64,000 nt of DNA, from assembly GCF_963921235.1 (NCBI RefSeq), contig NC_086097.1, forward strand, positions 219,358,001-219,422,000. The letters run 5' to 3'. The notes under the pieces are model-generated. The model was not told the DNA's origin. It did no database searches and saw only the letters and a program-made list of their open reading frames with translations. Positions 12,830 to 25,614 of the stretch are shown in pieces. The position numbers were made by a program, and so were the translations under genes. The first letter of the stretch is position 1; each line of letters starts with the position of its first letter. This DNA is from Mobula hypostoma (lineage: Eukaryota).

Positions 12830-13690
12830 TATCCTCTGATATCTCTATCTTCTGTTTCAATTTCAGGAACAAGGTTAGCAATCAACATCCATTACAAACC
12901 TACAGTCTCCCACAATTATCTTGACTGCACCTTCCCCCCAATATATCATATCATTCCTTTCTACCACTTACTCTGGCTTCACTGTATCTGTTCCAATGAT
13001 GATACCTTTCACACCAGTGCTTCAAAGATGTTTTCCTTCATTTAACATGGCTTCCCTTCACTTAGTTGACAGGGTTCTTAAGAATATATTTCATTTCTCA
13101 CACTTCCACTCCCATCAGCTCTCCTCTCAGCCAGAGCCAGGATATGGTTTCCTATGAACACACATAAAAGTTGCTGGTGAATGCAGCAGGCCAGGCAGCA
13201 TCTCTAGGAAGAGGTGCATTCGACGTTTCAGGCCGAGGCCCTTCAGGCCTGACGAAGGGTCTCGGCCTGAAACGTCGACTGCACCTCTTCCTAGAGATGC
13301 TGCCTGACCTGCTGCGTTCACCAGCAACTTTTATGTGTGTTGCTTGAATTTCCAGCATCTGCAGAATTCCTGTTGTTATGGTTTCCTATGACCTTCTATA
13401 GCATGATTGCTGTTAATGTGATTCCACTTAACCTTCCTTCCCCTTCAGCATTCAAAGAGGATCTTCCCTTCTGAGACTCCTGGTTCATTCTTCTATCTTC
13501 ATTAAATATTGTCCCTTTTCCACTGTGCTTTAATCTCTGCTCTTCCTACTATCAAAGCACTATGGTACTCCTTCCAGGTGAAGCAGTGATTCACAGTATT
13601 TCATCCAATTTATTGCTGTACATTTGGTGTTCATGCTATCGTGCCTTCAACGATGAAGAAATCAGATTACATGACTGCTTTGCAGAACAG
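12830..13690 (+). mobile_element. Old degraded Penelope RT/endonuclease fragment
   Basis: SVSISGTRLAINIHYKPTVSHNYLD...LWLHCICS.DDTF, homologous to 53640-53810. Confidence 0.7.
13158..13376. mobile_element. PLE fold-back insertion with an intact + strand hammerhead core
   Basis: Inverted arms centred near 13245. TSD TATGGTTTCCTATGA at 13143-13157 and 13377-13391. CTGACGA at 13249-13255. Confidence 0.9.
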
Positions 13691-13691
13691 T

Positions 13692-14120
13692 GCGGTCACT
13701 CGAGTCGAGTCTGATGTTCTCCTCAGGGGTTGCTATCAGGGAAGTTAGGGTGGATTCCCTCAATGGAGAGCAACTGTGTGTGACTTTGTTTAATGTGGGG
13801 AGGCTGATTCATAGGCAGCCATCAAACAGTCAGTGACCTCAGGGTCAGGGTTCAGCAGCATAGAATGCAAGACGACTGGGGACACGGCACTGCTGCAGTC
13901 TTCCTCTGCCCTCACTGGCATTGTGATGTTTCATCATCTTCCACCAGCTGTACTGTTAAGGTTTTGGTTGGACCACTCTTGCTCTGGAACGTGTCCCTCG
14001 ACGTTACTCCCATGGGTGACCCTACCAGGAGCTAACCTCCAGACGGCTAGACACCAGACAATATTGGTTTTGGGATCTCAGGAACTCACAATCCTCTCGG
14101 TCATGACAAGGAGAGATGCT
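13692..14120 (-). mobile_element. Probable SINE-like or RTE-related repeat
   Basis: GC-richer repeat-like block, recognised only by general similarity. Confidence 0.35.
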
Positions 14121-14239
14121 TGGAGATTTGCAGAATACATTCAATTAGTCTGCAAGGATAACCCTGACTTTCCAGTTTAATTCTCCAACTCTCGTGCACT
14201 GAAATATTTATCGCTGACCTCTTAAGTTGCTCCAATAAG

Positions 14240-15045
14240 TACATAAGAACACAAGAAATAGGAGCAGGAGTAGGCCATCCATCCCATAAAGCCTGCCCTG
14301 CCATTTAATAAGATCATGGCTGATCTGTCCATAAACTCAGCTCCATCTACCTGCCTTTTCCCTATAACCCTTAATTCTCCTACTATCTAAAAACCTATGT
14401 AACTGTTTCTTAAATATATTTAGTGAGGTAGCCTCAATTGCTTCCCTGGGCAGAGAATTCCACAGATTCACCACTCTCTGGGGAAAAACAGTTTCTCCTC
14501 ATCTCCATCCTAAATCTTCTCCCGTGAATCTTGAGGCAATGTCCCCTAGTTCCAGTCTCACCCACCAATGGAAATAACCTTCCCACCTCTATCCTATCTA
14601 TCTCTTTCAAAATTTTGTATGTCTCTATAAGATCCCCTCTCATTCCTCTGAACTCCGGAGAGTACAGTCCCAGGCGACTCAATCTCTCCTCATAGGTTAA
14701 CTCCTTCATCCCTGGAATTAACCTGGTGAACCTCCTCTGCACTGCCTCCAAAGCCAGTACAGTATATCCTTCCTCAAGTATGGAGACCAGAACTGCACAC
14801 AGTACTCCAGGTGCGGCCTCACCAGTACCCTGTATAGTTGCAGCATGACCTCCCTGCTCTTGAATTCAATCCCTCTTGCAATGAAGGCCAACATTCCGTT
14901 TGCCTTCTTAATAACCTGTTGTACCTGCAAGCCAACTTTTTGTGAATCGTGAGCAAGCACGCCCAAGTCCCTCTGCACAATAGCATACTGCAGTCTTTCA
15001 CTACTTAAATAATAATCTGCTCTTCTATTATTCTTCCAAAGTAAC
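14240..15045 (-). mobile_element. CR1 LINE, 3' fragment
   Basis: RDLGV...KKANGMLAFI...LVRPHLEYCVQFWSP and RGDLIETYKI. The tail is at the left end. Confidence 0.9.
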
Positions 15046-15289
15046 AATAAAACCCAGGTTAAGCTAGAAGAACACTACCATCTGGCCAGCTCTGATAAAA
15101 ATTGGTTACCAATTAGTAACATTATCACTGAATGATCAGCCATGATCACAGTTTATGGCGATGCTGGCTCGAAGGGCCGAATGGCCTACTCCTGCACCTA
15201 TTGTCTATTGTCACTGATTTCTCTCCATAGGATCTGCCTGACCTGATGGGTGCAGCATTCTCTTTTACTTCAGATTATCAACAATTGTC

Positions 15290-15860
15290 AGAATCACAAA
15301 CAGGTTTAATATCATCAGCATAAGTCATGAAATTTGTTAACTTTGCAGCAGCAGTACAATGCAATACATGATAATATAAAAAAACTGTGGATTACATTAA
15401 GTATATATATATATATATATATAGTGTGTGTGTGTGTGTGTATTAATTAGTTAAAATAAATAGTGCAAAAACAGAAATAAAAAGGCAGTGAAATAGTGTT
15501 ATGGGTTCAATGTCCATTTAGGAATCAGATGGCAGAGAGGGAGGAGCTGTTCCTGAATCGCTGGGTGTGTGCCTTCAGGCTTCTGTACCTCCTTCCTGAT
15601 GGTAACAGTGAGAAAAGGGCATGCCCTGGATGCTGGGAATCCGTAGTGATGGACACCCCCTTTTTGAGGCAGGGCTCCTTGAAGAAGTCCTGGATACTAC
15701 GGAGCCCGTACCCGTGATGGAGCTGACTGATTTTACAACTCTCTGCAGCTTACTTCGATCCTGTGCCGTGGACCCCGTCCCCCCCTCCACCATACATACG
15801 GTGAATCAGCCAGTTAGAATGCTCTCCGCAGTATTTCTGTGGAAATTTGCAAATGTTTTA
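15290..15860 (-). mobile_element. Rex1-like LINE, 3' fragment containing a (TA)n(GT)n microsatellite at 15402-15440
   Basis: AQDRSKLQRVVKSVSSI. The 3'UTR matches 46310-46685. Confidence 0.75.
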
Positions 15861-16264
15861 AGTGAGTGGTTTGTGCTTTGTTTCTTAGAAGACCAACATT
15901 GTGCAATCTTCTCCTACTTCAGTTTTCATTCATTTTCCTCCATCTCCTCTTGACAGAATATTTGCAATTAACAGGCATTCACCATCATTTTTCACCTGGC
16001 ACCAGTGCCACCCGAGCACAGACATTTCCCCTAGTCTATCCATCTTTCCCATTCTCTGCTTGATTTCTAACCTTTTCTAGATATCTTGAAATGCCATTGG
16101 CATTAGACGTTAACTCTGCTTCTCTCTGCTAAACCCACTGAACATTTCTAGCATTCTCTGGTATAATCAAACCTAGCTACAACAGGCACTTTCATTTCTG
16201 GCTGTATTGGTATGTTTCAAGGCCCGCGTATCGTATCATGGTTAAATCCACGATACCTACTAAA

Positions 16265-16620
16265 ATTGGGGTGGCAGGGTGGAGATACGACTCTACCAAA
16301 GGGGGTGTAAGATGCTCCTTTCCTCTGCTGGCGTGCAGGTCACCCTTGGGCAAGGTGTAGCACTTGCTTAGCCCTTAATCAGAGTCACATTAAGCTATAG
16401 GAGCAGGTGGTAGATGGTGGTATAAGCAGCTGGTGTATATCACAATTCCTGGTTATGTGACCACTGACGCCAGGCAGACAATCTCTGAAGAGTATTGATA
16501 GTGGGATGGGGTAAAGACCATGCCCAGAGGAAGGCCACTTCTGTAAAGAAAACTAACTAAGAACAATCATGGTCATAAGACCATGATTGCCTACATCATA
16601 TGACACAGCACATATGATGA
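16265..16620 (+). mobile_element. Non-autonomous SINE-like repeat
   Basis: A second copy at about 52215-52600 shares gagcaggtggt.gatggt.gta..agcagctggtg.atatcacaa.tcctggttatgtga and an (ATG)n-like tail. Confidence 0.65.
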
Positions 16621-17455
16621 CCCAGTGAAATATATCAACATAATTTAAGATGATGGATTTTGAAGGGTTAGAAATACATTTACTCCTGTAAACGTGCTGA
16701 AGGATAACTGAACTGAGAGTCCATATTGATTTGTTCCAGTAGCATTGGAGGAAGATTTATGTGGTTGCTCCATGGCTTTAACAATTTCAGTACCAGAACT
16801 TACCATCATATTTTCTGTTGTGCACATTCACATCACATTATTCCATGAGGTGCATGAAACCACTGTGAAAGAACACATGTTGTTCAACATAATAGCTGCA
16901 TTCCTTAAAGCAGTGGTTTATCCCTTTCCTTCTGCATCAAGTAGGTTCTAGGTTTTGCCAGAACATTGTCTTGGGTGTTGCTCAAAAATAAGCAGGAAAC
17001 TGGATCTCGCTTCTTTTATTGTTATTGTGTTGTTATCCTCTCAAAAGTGCCAAACTTTGTCAAGCAGAAGTCTGCTGCATCACTCAGACAGTGACTTGTG
17101 TCACCGTCCTATTAAAGAACTAATAACGGCGGGGAAAAGACACTCACATCAAGGCGATGACAAGAGGTACCCATCCAGTTCCCCAGTGGGTAGGATGTCA
17201 GTAGAAAGTGGTTGAAACACTTTGTAATAGGTGCAAAATATTTTCTTTGCAAAACATTTTCATTAAAAAAATCAGGGCCTGCTTGGAACCAATTTCTAGG
17301 CAGCTGTTTCTTTATAACAAATGTTCAAACTGATGTCTTAGCACTGGTGGTAATTGTGCTTTGCATGACAATTGATGTCTAACTGCCTGATGTACCTTAG
17401 ACAAATATGCAGAAGGTGAAGATATACATGCTTTAAATTATGGAGAGTGTTTAGC

Positions 17456-17692
17456 AATTTTGTAACACTGTTTAGGTTAGTTTTTTTTGGGGGGGGATAT
17501 TATTCTTTTCCTTTTTCATGATATTTTTATGTTTTTTTTGTTTTATATTGCTCATCTGTATCCTGTATGATTGGGAGGTTTAACGCTCATGTGTCAACAA
17601 TGTTAATTACAACAATGTATTCCCAATAACTTTGTGTCAATATTATGGTATGTTTGTTAGTATGAAACTAATAAAAAGATTGAAAAAGAAAA
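17456..17692 (+). mobile_element. L1-like 3'UTR insertion
   Basis: G-run and T-rich body, AATAAA plus A-rich tail. TSD GAGAGTGTTTAGC at 17443-17455 and 17693-17705. Confidence 0.7.
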
Positions 17693-18421
17693 GAGAGTGT
17701 TTAGCCATTTTTAATGTAACATTTCAGTGATTCAACACTCAAAGAAAGCATGTATTATAAAATCTAACTTTCAAGGCTAATGTGTTTTCTTGGTCACGTT
17801 CATCGAGTTAACAAACAGAGTAACATATCTGGTCCCTCAAGATCCTGAGAAAACAGTAAGTTTGCCCAGTATATTGCCAGAGTTCAATCCTTTTCCTAGG
17901 TTTTGTCTAGGTTGCGCGTCATGAATGTGCAGCCAGACAGCGATGTCAAAAATGTCATCACTCATTTTCTGGCAAATATCCCAGGATTCTGCCACAATGT
18001 ATTTATTTCACCTCAATTGTCACTTTGCAAACACTTTCAGACAAGATAACAGCCTGAAGGGCTGTTGGTGGATAAGCATTCAGCCCTCTCTTTCATGGAT
18101 AAGATTGGTCTGTCATGGTATGAATTGTAGACTGTGGATTCTGCAGGTGATGATGGCTCAGTGAAAACCAGCTGCTGACCCAGCTCAAGTTGAGCAAAAC
18201 CTTAAAGGAAAAATACATAATTTTACTCAAAAACAAATCCGCAATCACAATGCACTTCTATCAAGAGAATTTGGACCTCTTTGCCCACATTTCTTCTGCA
18301 TAAAATCAGTCTTACACATTAGGCTCCTTTAGTGATCATTTCGAAGTTGATTAAAGGCCACCTCAAATTTGGGTGATGACTTGCAGACACGACTCACCTG
18401 AATGCAGCTGCCTGGAGTCAG

Positions 18422-19200
18422 TTCGTAGAGTCCTAGAGAAATACAGCACAGAAACAGGCCCTCCAGCCCACCTAGTCCACACAAAATCATTCAAACTGCC
18501 TACTTCCAATGACCTGCACCTGGACCATAGCCGTCCATATCCCTACTATCCATATACCTGTCCAAACTTCTCTTAAACATTGAAATCAAGCTTGCATGCA
18601 CCACTTGTACTGGCAGCTCATTCCACTCTCTCACAACCCTCTGAGTAAAGAAGTTTCCTCTTGTGTTCTCATTAAACTTTACATGTTTCACCCTCAGCCC
18701 ATGACCCTTGGTTGTAGTCCCGCCCAACCTCAGCAGAAAAAGCCTGCTTGCAGTTTCCCTATCTACACCCCTCATAATTTTGTATACCTTTATCAAATCT
18801 CCTCTAAACCTTCTACGTTCTAAAGAAAACAGTCCTAACCTATTCAATCTTTACTTCTAACTCAAGTCCTCCAGATCCGGTAACATCCTTGTAAATTTTC
18901 TCTGTACTCTTTCAACCTTATTTACATCTTTCCTATAGGGAGATAACCAAAACTGTACACAATACTCCAAATTAGGCCTCACCAACATCATTTACAATCT
19001 TAACCTAACATCCCATCTTCTGTACTCAATGCATTGATTTAATGTGCCAAAAGCTTTCTTCATGACCCTGTCTAGCCGTGACACCACTTTAAATGAAACA
19101 TGGACCTGTATTCCCAGATCCTTTTGTTCTACCACGCTCCCCAATGCCCTACCGCTCACTGTGTAAGATCTACCCTGGTTGGTCCTACCAAAGTGCATTT
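18422..19200 (-). mobile_element. CR1 LINE, 3' fragment
   Basis: HFGRTNQ...EQKDLGIQVH and LGLFSLERRRFRGDLIKVYKI. Confidence 0.88.
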
Positions 19201-20730
19201 CCTCAGCTAGTCATACATTGGCATGTTTGCTTCACTGGGGGGGGAGGCTAGCTTTTTTGTTGTTAATTCGTAAAGTAACAAGAAATACATTGAGTAAGGT
19301 TTCACAAATGAGGTAGTAATTAAAGAGTTTGCACTTTGATATCTTGCGCATAGCATCTGGCAGTGTCACTTCCCGAAGGTCAGTTTAATGTGAGATGATT
19401 CACTGAGCTTCCTTCACTGACTGCAGCTTGGGCGAACTGATCATTAGTGAACTGTACATCATGATCTCTGGAGCCTCGTTCAGCCTGCACTTCACCTTGG
19501 CTTGGGATCACTCATGGCACGGAAGTCAATCAGATCAGATAGCTATGTAGTGGGTCCTCAGGGACACAGGAGAGCATGTTGTCCCCTGTACTCCATGGCA
19601 GCCTGTTCCACTGCTGTGGCCTCGGAGCAATAGGTGAGTAAAGCACGGACTCACTTCCCAGTGATCAGCATGGCGACAATGCAGCAGCTGCAAGCTCTTC
19701 GTGCAGCTTCCAAAGGGAACCCAACAGGTTCTGTTTTAGCACAGTACTTATTGTGCAAAAATACGTACTTCAAGCACACTAAGCTCCACTCTCCAGCAAT
19801 GAATACTTAGGGTCATCTATGTCCCATGGTCGTATCTTGAACAGGAAATAATTGAGAATTCAGTGTGTTTTGTATTGTCGCTTTGCAACAGTTCGATGAT
19901 CTGTTGTGTTTCAAACACCACCTTCCCCTTTAGAACACTGATGGAACAGAGTTATAAAAATGTCATTACCAGCCCAGCTTCATATTCCAGCCGCATCTGC
20001 ACAAATTTGCTCCTCGGCCACACACACATCAGACCTTCATTAATCCAACAGCAATCTTGCAGAATGATACCTTCAGAGTTGGTGGAAAAAAATGACGACT
20101 GAATCATTCCTTATGTTTTCCTCTGAACCATGGCCTTCCTTCTCAGGAACTTATTGTCATCACAGAACCAAGAGCCAACCTCCAGTAAGCAGCTGTGGTG
20201 AGGTTTTAGCCCTGACTCATGGAATTCTTTTGTATCTCCATTCATGGAGCGGATGTGGGCAAATGCCTTTCTGGACTTCTTGGCACCCGTGCAGGTGAGC
20301 TTTGCACCCTTGTGACTCCACTCTATCCACATTTCAGTTTACTGTGCAACCGAGGAAAATAATACTTCAAAGAATTATGATTTGTGAAGGTAAATTGAGA
20401 ACAGCCGAGGTTTATTTTCTCAACGAAGCAAAATATCCTGTCTGCTTGATTTCAACATGATTTATTTTGCCTCAGTGTGGTCCTGGCTCACACTACCCAC
20501 TATCTGCCCTCCCCTTCACCAGTGTTCCGTAATCATGGCTCCAGCTTCCAGACCTCATTGGTTCCTTTCACTCAAATCTAGCCAATTAGCACCTTCAGTG
20601 GAACTCCGAAAATTAACAGAGAGAAACTAATTAGAGATTGACAGTCCACCTAAACAACAAAGCTGTCAATACAACCCCACCCTAACATGGTGCAGCAGGC
20701 TATCAAAAAAGCAAATGGAATGTTGGCCTT

Positions 20731-22494
20731 TCGAATGAGGTTGGAGGCAACTCTGGCAGGGTTTGCAAGACTTTACTTCCGACAAAGCAAAACCCAATAG
20801 CATGATTGGCAGCATTGCTTCACTACCAGATGAACTCAGCTATGCTGCTTTGAAAGGGAGAACACAATTACAGCTGTGAAGATCCCTGCTGTACCTGATG
20901 ACCCTGTGATCTCTGTCACAGAGGCCGGTGTTAGGCTGTTTTTAAAGAGAGTGAACCCTTGCAAGGCGGAAGGTCCAGACGGAGTACCTGGTAAGGCTCT
21001 GAAAACCTGTGCCAACAAACCAGCGGGAGTATTCAAGGACATTTTCAACCTCTCACTGCTATGCGTGGAAGTTCCAACTTGCTTCAAAAAGGCAACAATT
21101 ATACCAGTGCCTAAGAAGAATAATGTGGGCTGCCTTAATGACTATCACCCAGTAGCACTCACATCGACAGTGCTGAAATGCTTTGAGATGTTGGTCATGA
21201 CTAGACTGAACTCCTGCCTCAGCAAGGACCTGGACCCATTGCAATTTGCCTAACATCACAATAGGTCAATGGCATACGCAATATCAATGGCTCTCCACAC
21301 GGCTTTAGACCACCTGGACGACACGAACACTTATGTCAGGATGCTGTTCATCGACTATAGCTCAGCATTTAATACCATCATTCCCACAACCCTGATTGAG
21401 AAGTTGCAGAACTTGGGCCTCTGTACCTCCCTCTGCAATGGATCCTCAACTTCCTAACGGGAAGACCCCAATCTGGTGATTGGTGATAACATATCCTCCT
21501 CAATGATGATCAACATTAGCACAACTCAGGGGTGTGTGCTTAGCCCACTGCTCTACTCTCTATATACACATGACTGTGTGGCTAGGCATAGCTCAAATGC
21601 CATCTATACATTTGCTGATGGTACAACTATTGTTGGTGACGAGAGGGCGTACAGGAGTGAGATATACCAACTAGTGCAGTGGTGCTGCAGCAACAACCTG
21701 GCACTCAGCGTCAGTAAGACGAAAGAGCTGATTGTGGAAGGGTAAGATGAAGGAACACATACCAATCCTCACAGGGGGATCAGAAGTGGAGAGAGCAAGC
21801 AGTTTCAAGTTCCTGGGTGTCAAGATCTCTGAGGATCTAACCGGGTCCCAAAGTATCGATGTAGTTATAAAGAAGGCAAGACAGCGGCTATACTTCATTA
21901 GGAGTTTGAAGAGATTTATCATGTCAACAAATACACTCAAAAACTTCTATAGATGTACCATGGAGAGCATTCTGACAGGCTGCTTCACTGTCTGGTATGG
22001 GGGTGCTACGGCACAGAACCGAAAGAAGCTGCAGAGAGTTGTAAATCTTGTCAGCTGCATCTTGAGTACTAGCCAACAAAGTACCGAGAACATCTTCAGA
22101 GAGCAGTGTGTCAGAAAGACAGCGTCTATCATTAAGGGCCTCTAGCACCCAGGGCATGCCCTTTTCTCACTGTTACCATCAGTTAGGAGGTACAGAAGCC
22201 TGAAGGCACACACTCAGTGATTCAGGAACAGCTTCTTCACCTCTGCCATTCTATTCCTAAATGGACATTGAACCCTTGGACACTACCTCATTTTTTTTAA
22301 TATGCAGTATTTCTGTTTTTTCACGTTTTTAATCTATTCAATATACATATACTGTAATTGATTTACTTATTTATTTATTATTTTTATTTTTTTTCTCTTC
22401 TATATTATGTATTGCTTTGAACTGCTGCTGCTAAGTTAACAAATTTTGCGTCATATGTCAGTAATACTAAACCTGATTCTGAATCTGATTCTGA
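20731..22494 (+). mobile_element. Rex1-like LINE (frameshifted RT) nested in a CR1
   Basis: [48 protein letters not shown]. (GATTCT)n tail. CR1 sequence on both sides (20688-20730 and 22495-22867). Confidence 0.9.
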
Positions 22495-22867
22495 AATTAT
22501 AAAAGGGTTAGCCAACATAGAGGTGGGGAAGTTGTTTCCACTGGTAGGTGCGACCAGAACTAGCGACATAGCCTCAAGATTCGGGGCAGTAGATTTAGGA
22601 CAGAGATGAGGATGAACTGCTTTTCGCAGAGAGTGGTGAATCTGTGGAATTCTCTGCCCAATGAAGCAGTGGAGGCTACCTCAGTAAATATATTTAAGAC
22701 AAGGTTGGACAGATTTTTGCATAGCAGGGGAATTAAGGGTTTTGGGGAAAAGGCAGGTGGGTGGAGATGAGTCCATGGCCAGATCAGCCAGGATTTTATT
22801 GAATGGTGGAGCAGGCTGAACGGGCCAGATGACCTACTCCTGCTCTTATTTCTTATGTTCTTATGTT
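22495..22867 (+). mobile_element. CR1 3' end
   Basis: FSQRVVNLWNSLP. Tail ttcttatgttcttatg. Confidence 0.85.
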
Positions 22868-23069
22868 TTGCCAGTCATACTTTCAACATAGTGCTGATGC
22901 TATCCTTCGCAGAAAATTCCGGAAATGTTGGTGGGAGGATGAAAGCCAATGAATTGATTCCACTTCCATTTCCCTTCCCCTGCCCACCCAGTTAAAGACA
23001 AGCTTGCTGAAGTTACAAAGGTGGAAGTTTGACCTTTGGATACATAGTTTATTTTATTTAGAGGTGCGG

Positions 23070-23185
23070 CAGGATAACCCACACAGGCACAAGGAGAGTG
23101 TGGAAGCATCTTCGAGCTAGTGGCAGGAACTGAATCTGGGTTGCTGGCACTGTATAGAGTTAAACCAACTGCTCTGCTGCCGCAT
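23070..23185 (-). mobile_element. HE1/V-SINE-like tRNA-derived SINE, 5' part
   Basis: Degenerate tRNA head on the minus strand followed by a V-domain-like tgtgtgggttatcct. Confidence 0.55.
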
Positions 23186-24139
23186 CAGCCGCGATCACCA
23201 ATGTCAGCAAGCAATAGAATAAAATGAAATTATACTGATTCAGTAAGTTCAGTTCAGTGACCCTATAACATAATAGTCCTGATATTACAGAAATGTGACC
23301 TAAAGTTTTCCAACATAAGGTACTTACATGTGCACCAGGGTCTGTTGTATGGTGCCAATTAATGGGGTTAATTATGAAACCTGTACATAAGACATAGAAG
23401 GGTACAGACCAAGTGTCGGTAAATGGAATTAGTGTAGACAAGTAATTAATAGTTGTGCAGAGATACAAAATCATGAGAAAATAGGAGCAAGACTTGGCCT
23501 GGCCCCTCAACTCCACTCATCATTAAATATAGCCATGGCTATTCTTCACTGACCTGAACTCCTCTTTAGGACCAGTTCCTCAAAACACTCAATACTCTGA
23601 TCTTTCAAAAATTTTGTCTACCTGTACCTTAAATACTTTTGTTTTTTTATGCAGAATGGCTCTACAACTTATTAATATACAGAATGGAACAATTGACTTG
23701 TCCTTTACATGCCCTCTATTTCTGTTGTCTAGAGGGAAGAGTTAATCATGATGGTTTGGTTGGAACAAGTCCTAAAAAGTGAAAGGGAAAGATTTTATAC
23801 AAAAATATCTCAGCAAAAGATGTCCATAACAGGACAGAAAACAAAGAAATTCGTACTGATTTTGTAGTGAAATGTTAACTGGCAATAGAAGAGAGGCTAT
23901 TATTAATTAAGGAATTAGATTATAGTTCTGTCATATTTGTTGAACATCTGATTGCCAAATCATTCTCATTCCATAAATTTCCTTTTAGTCTTAAATTCAA
24001 AAGTAAAAATCCAAAGTTGCAACATGAATTTGGTATAAAAGTGATTCATTCTAGGGACTGATGTCAGATTCTAAATATGCCCCAGTCTCACAGAAGTGTC
24101 TGGTTTATAATTCATAAAGGCCTCACTCTGCAGGAGCCA

Positions 24140-24375
24140 GGCAGCGGGGGCATGTGAACACCACACACAGGTTTCCCTCCAAGCTCTACACGTGATATGA
24201 AAAATCATTGTCCTCTCCTTAATCATCACTGTTATAAAACCCTGGAAGTCTCTTCCCAATAACATCACTGGAGCGTTTTCACCAGAAGAACTGCAGGGGT
24301 TTAAATTCCTAGCTCACCAGCTCCATTCTCAGTGACAACTAAGATTAGGCGATGAATGATGATCTTACCAGCAAT
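24140..24375 (+). mobile_element. Ancient LINE 3' tail (CR1/L2-like)
   Basis: gaacaccac..aggtttccctccaag...ccctggaagtctcttcc.aa..catcactgga...gctcaccag, resembling a common chondrichthyan repeat. Confidence 0.45.
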
Positions 24376-24399
24376 GTGTAGGGCTTGGAAATTAATTTT

Positions 24400-25120
24400 T
24401 TCAAGTTCAAGTTCAGTCTATTGTCATTCAACCATACATATATGTATGCCATCAAATGAAACAATGTTCCTCCAGACCAAGGTGCACAACACAGTACATG
24501 CAATATAGTACATACACTACACATAAAGCATTATTACCACAAATAAATTAACAAATAATCAGGTGCATTTATGACACAAGTTAGAAAGTAAACAATATAA
24601 CACTACTGGCAGTTCGTACGTGATGAGACCTAGGTGATGGCAGGGAGTCAAGTAACCCTACAGCCTTGGGGAAGAAGCTGTTCCCCACCCAAAGAGTTCT
24701 TGTCTTAATGTTATGGTGTCTCCTGCCTGATGGTAGGGGATCAAAGAGATTTGTGGCTGAATGGGAGGAATTATTGACAATGATAAGGGCCCTATGTATG
24801 TAGAGCTCCTGATAAATAACTCTGATGGGTGGAAGAGAGACCCCAGTGACCCTCACAGCAGTACTTGTAGGGACTTGCAGTCAGGTACCTTGCAATTCCC
24901 ACACCTGTAAAAATTGGTTAGGACGGGTTGGTAGCCTTGCTTGGTAGAGACACTACTGTGCTTTCTTGACCAAAGAGCTGCTGCTGAGGGATCAGATGAG
25001 ATCGTCTGTTAAGTGCACTCCCAGAAACTTGTTGCTCCTAACTCTGTCCATGACAGAGCCATTTATGTTCAGTGAAGAGTGGTCAACCCGCACCTTCCTA
25101 AGGTCCACAATCATATATTT
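24400..25120 (-). mobile_element. Rex1-like LINE, 3' fragment
   Basis: GVSLPPI..IY...LFDPLPSGRR...NSFFPKAV. (TTCAAG)n tail. Confidence 0.75.
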
Positions 25121-25614
25121 GGCACCCTTGAGTTGGTGACCTGCTTTTAATTAGTGTTAACAACCTTTACTGTGGCTATGTTCGGGTTTATTTTGCTCAT
25201 TTGTAATATCACATGTCCAAATTACATAATGAATTTTTTATGATGACGTTCATAGAATCCAAAAGGACTAGAATGGAAATGACTGGCGCCAACTGCCTTC
25301 TACTCTTGAATTCCCACTGCCCCCTTCTCTGCAGTAAAATTTCTTGCATCATTTTGTTCTGTCCCTAGCTGATAACATTCAGGCATGGGCTATGCCAAGC
25401 ACAGACCAACTCCAACCAGAGTGAGACTAATCAATGTCATTATTATAATTGAGTCCTCCAACCTCAATACCATCATAATTGACCAGAAATACAAATGGAC
25501 CAGCCATATAAACTACCAGCACACGTCAGCAGCTCAGAATCCTGCATTTATCGGCGGATTTCATGACACCTTACATGTTAAGGATGTACTGGGATACTGA
25601 ACACTTATCTGCAT

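Noticed and set aside
16804..16862. Minus-strand segment with a good acceptor and GTAAGT donor
   Set aside because: All three frames contain stops and it has no partner exons. It could be a UTR exon, but nothing supports that.
21732..22145. ORF resembling the DUF1891 / ALKBH8 N-terminal-like domain (KKARQRLYF.R.L)
   Set aside because: It is the C-terminal part of a Rex1-like RT, not a host gene.
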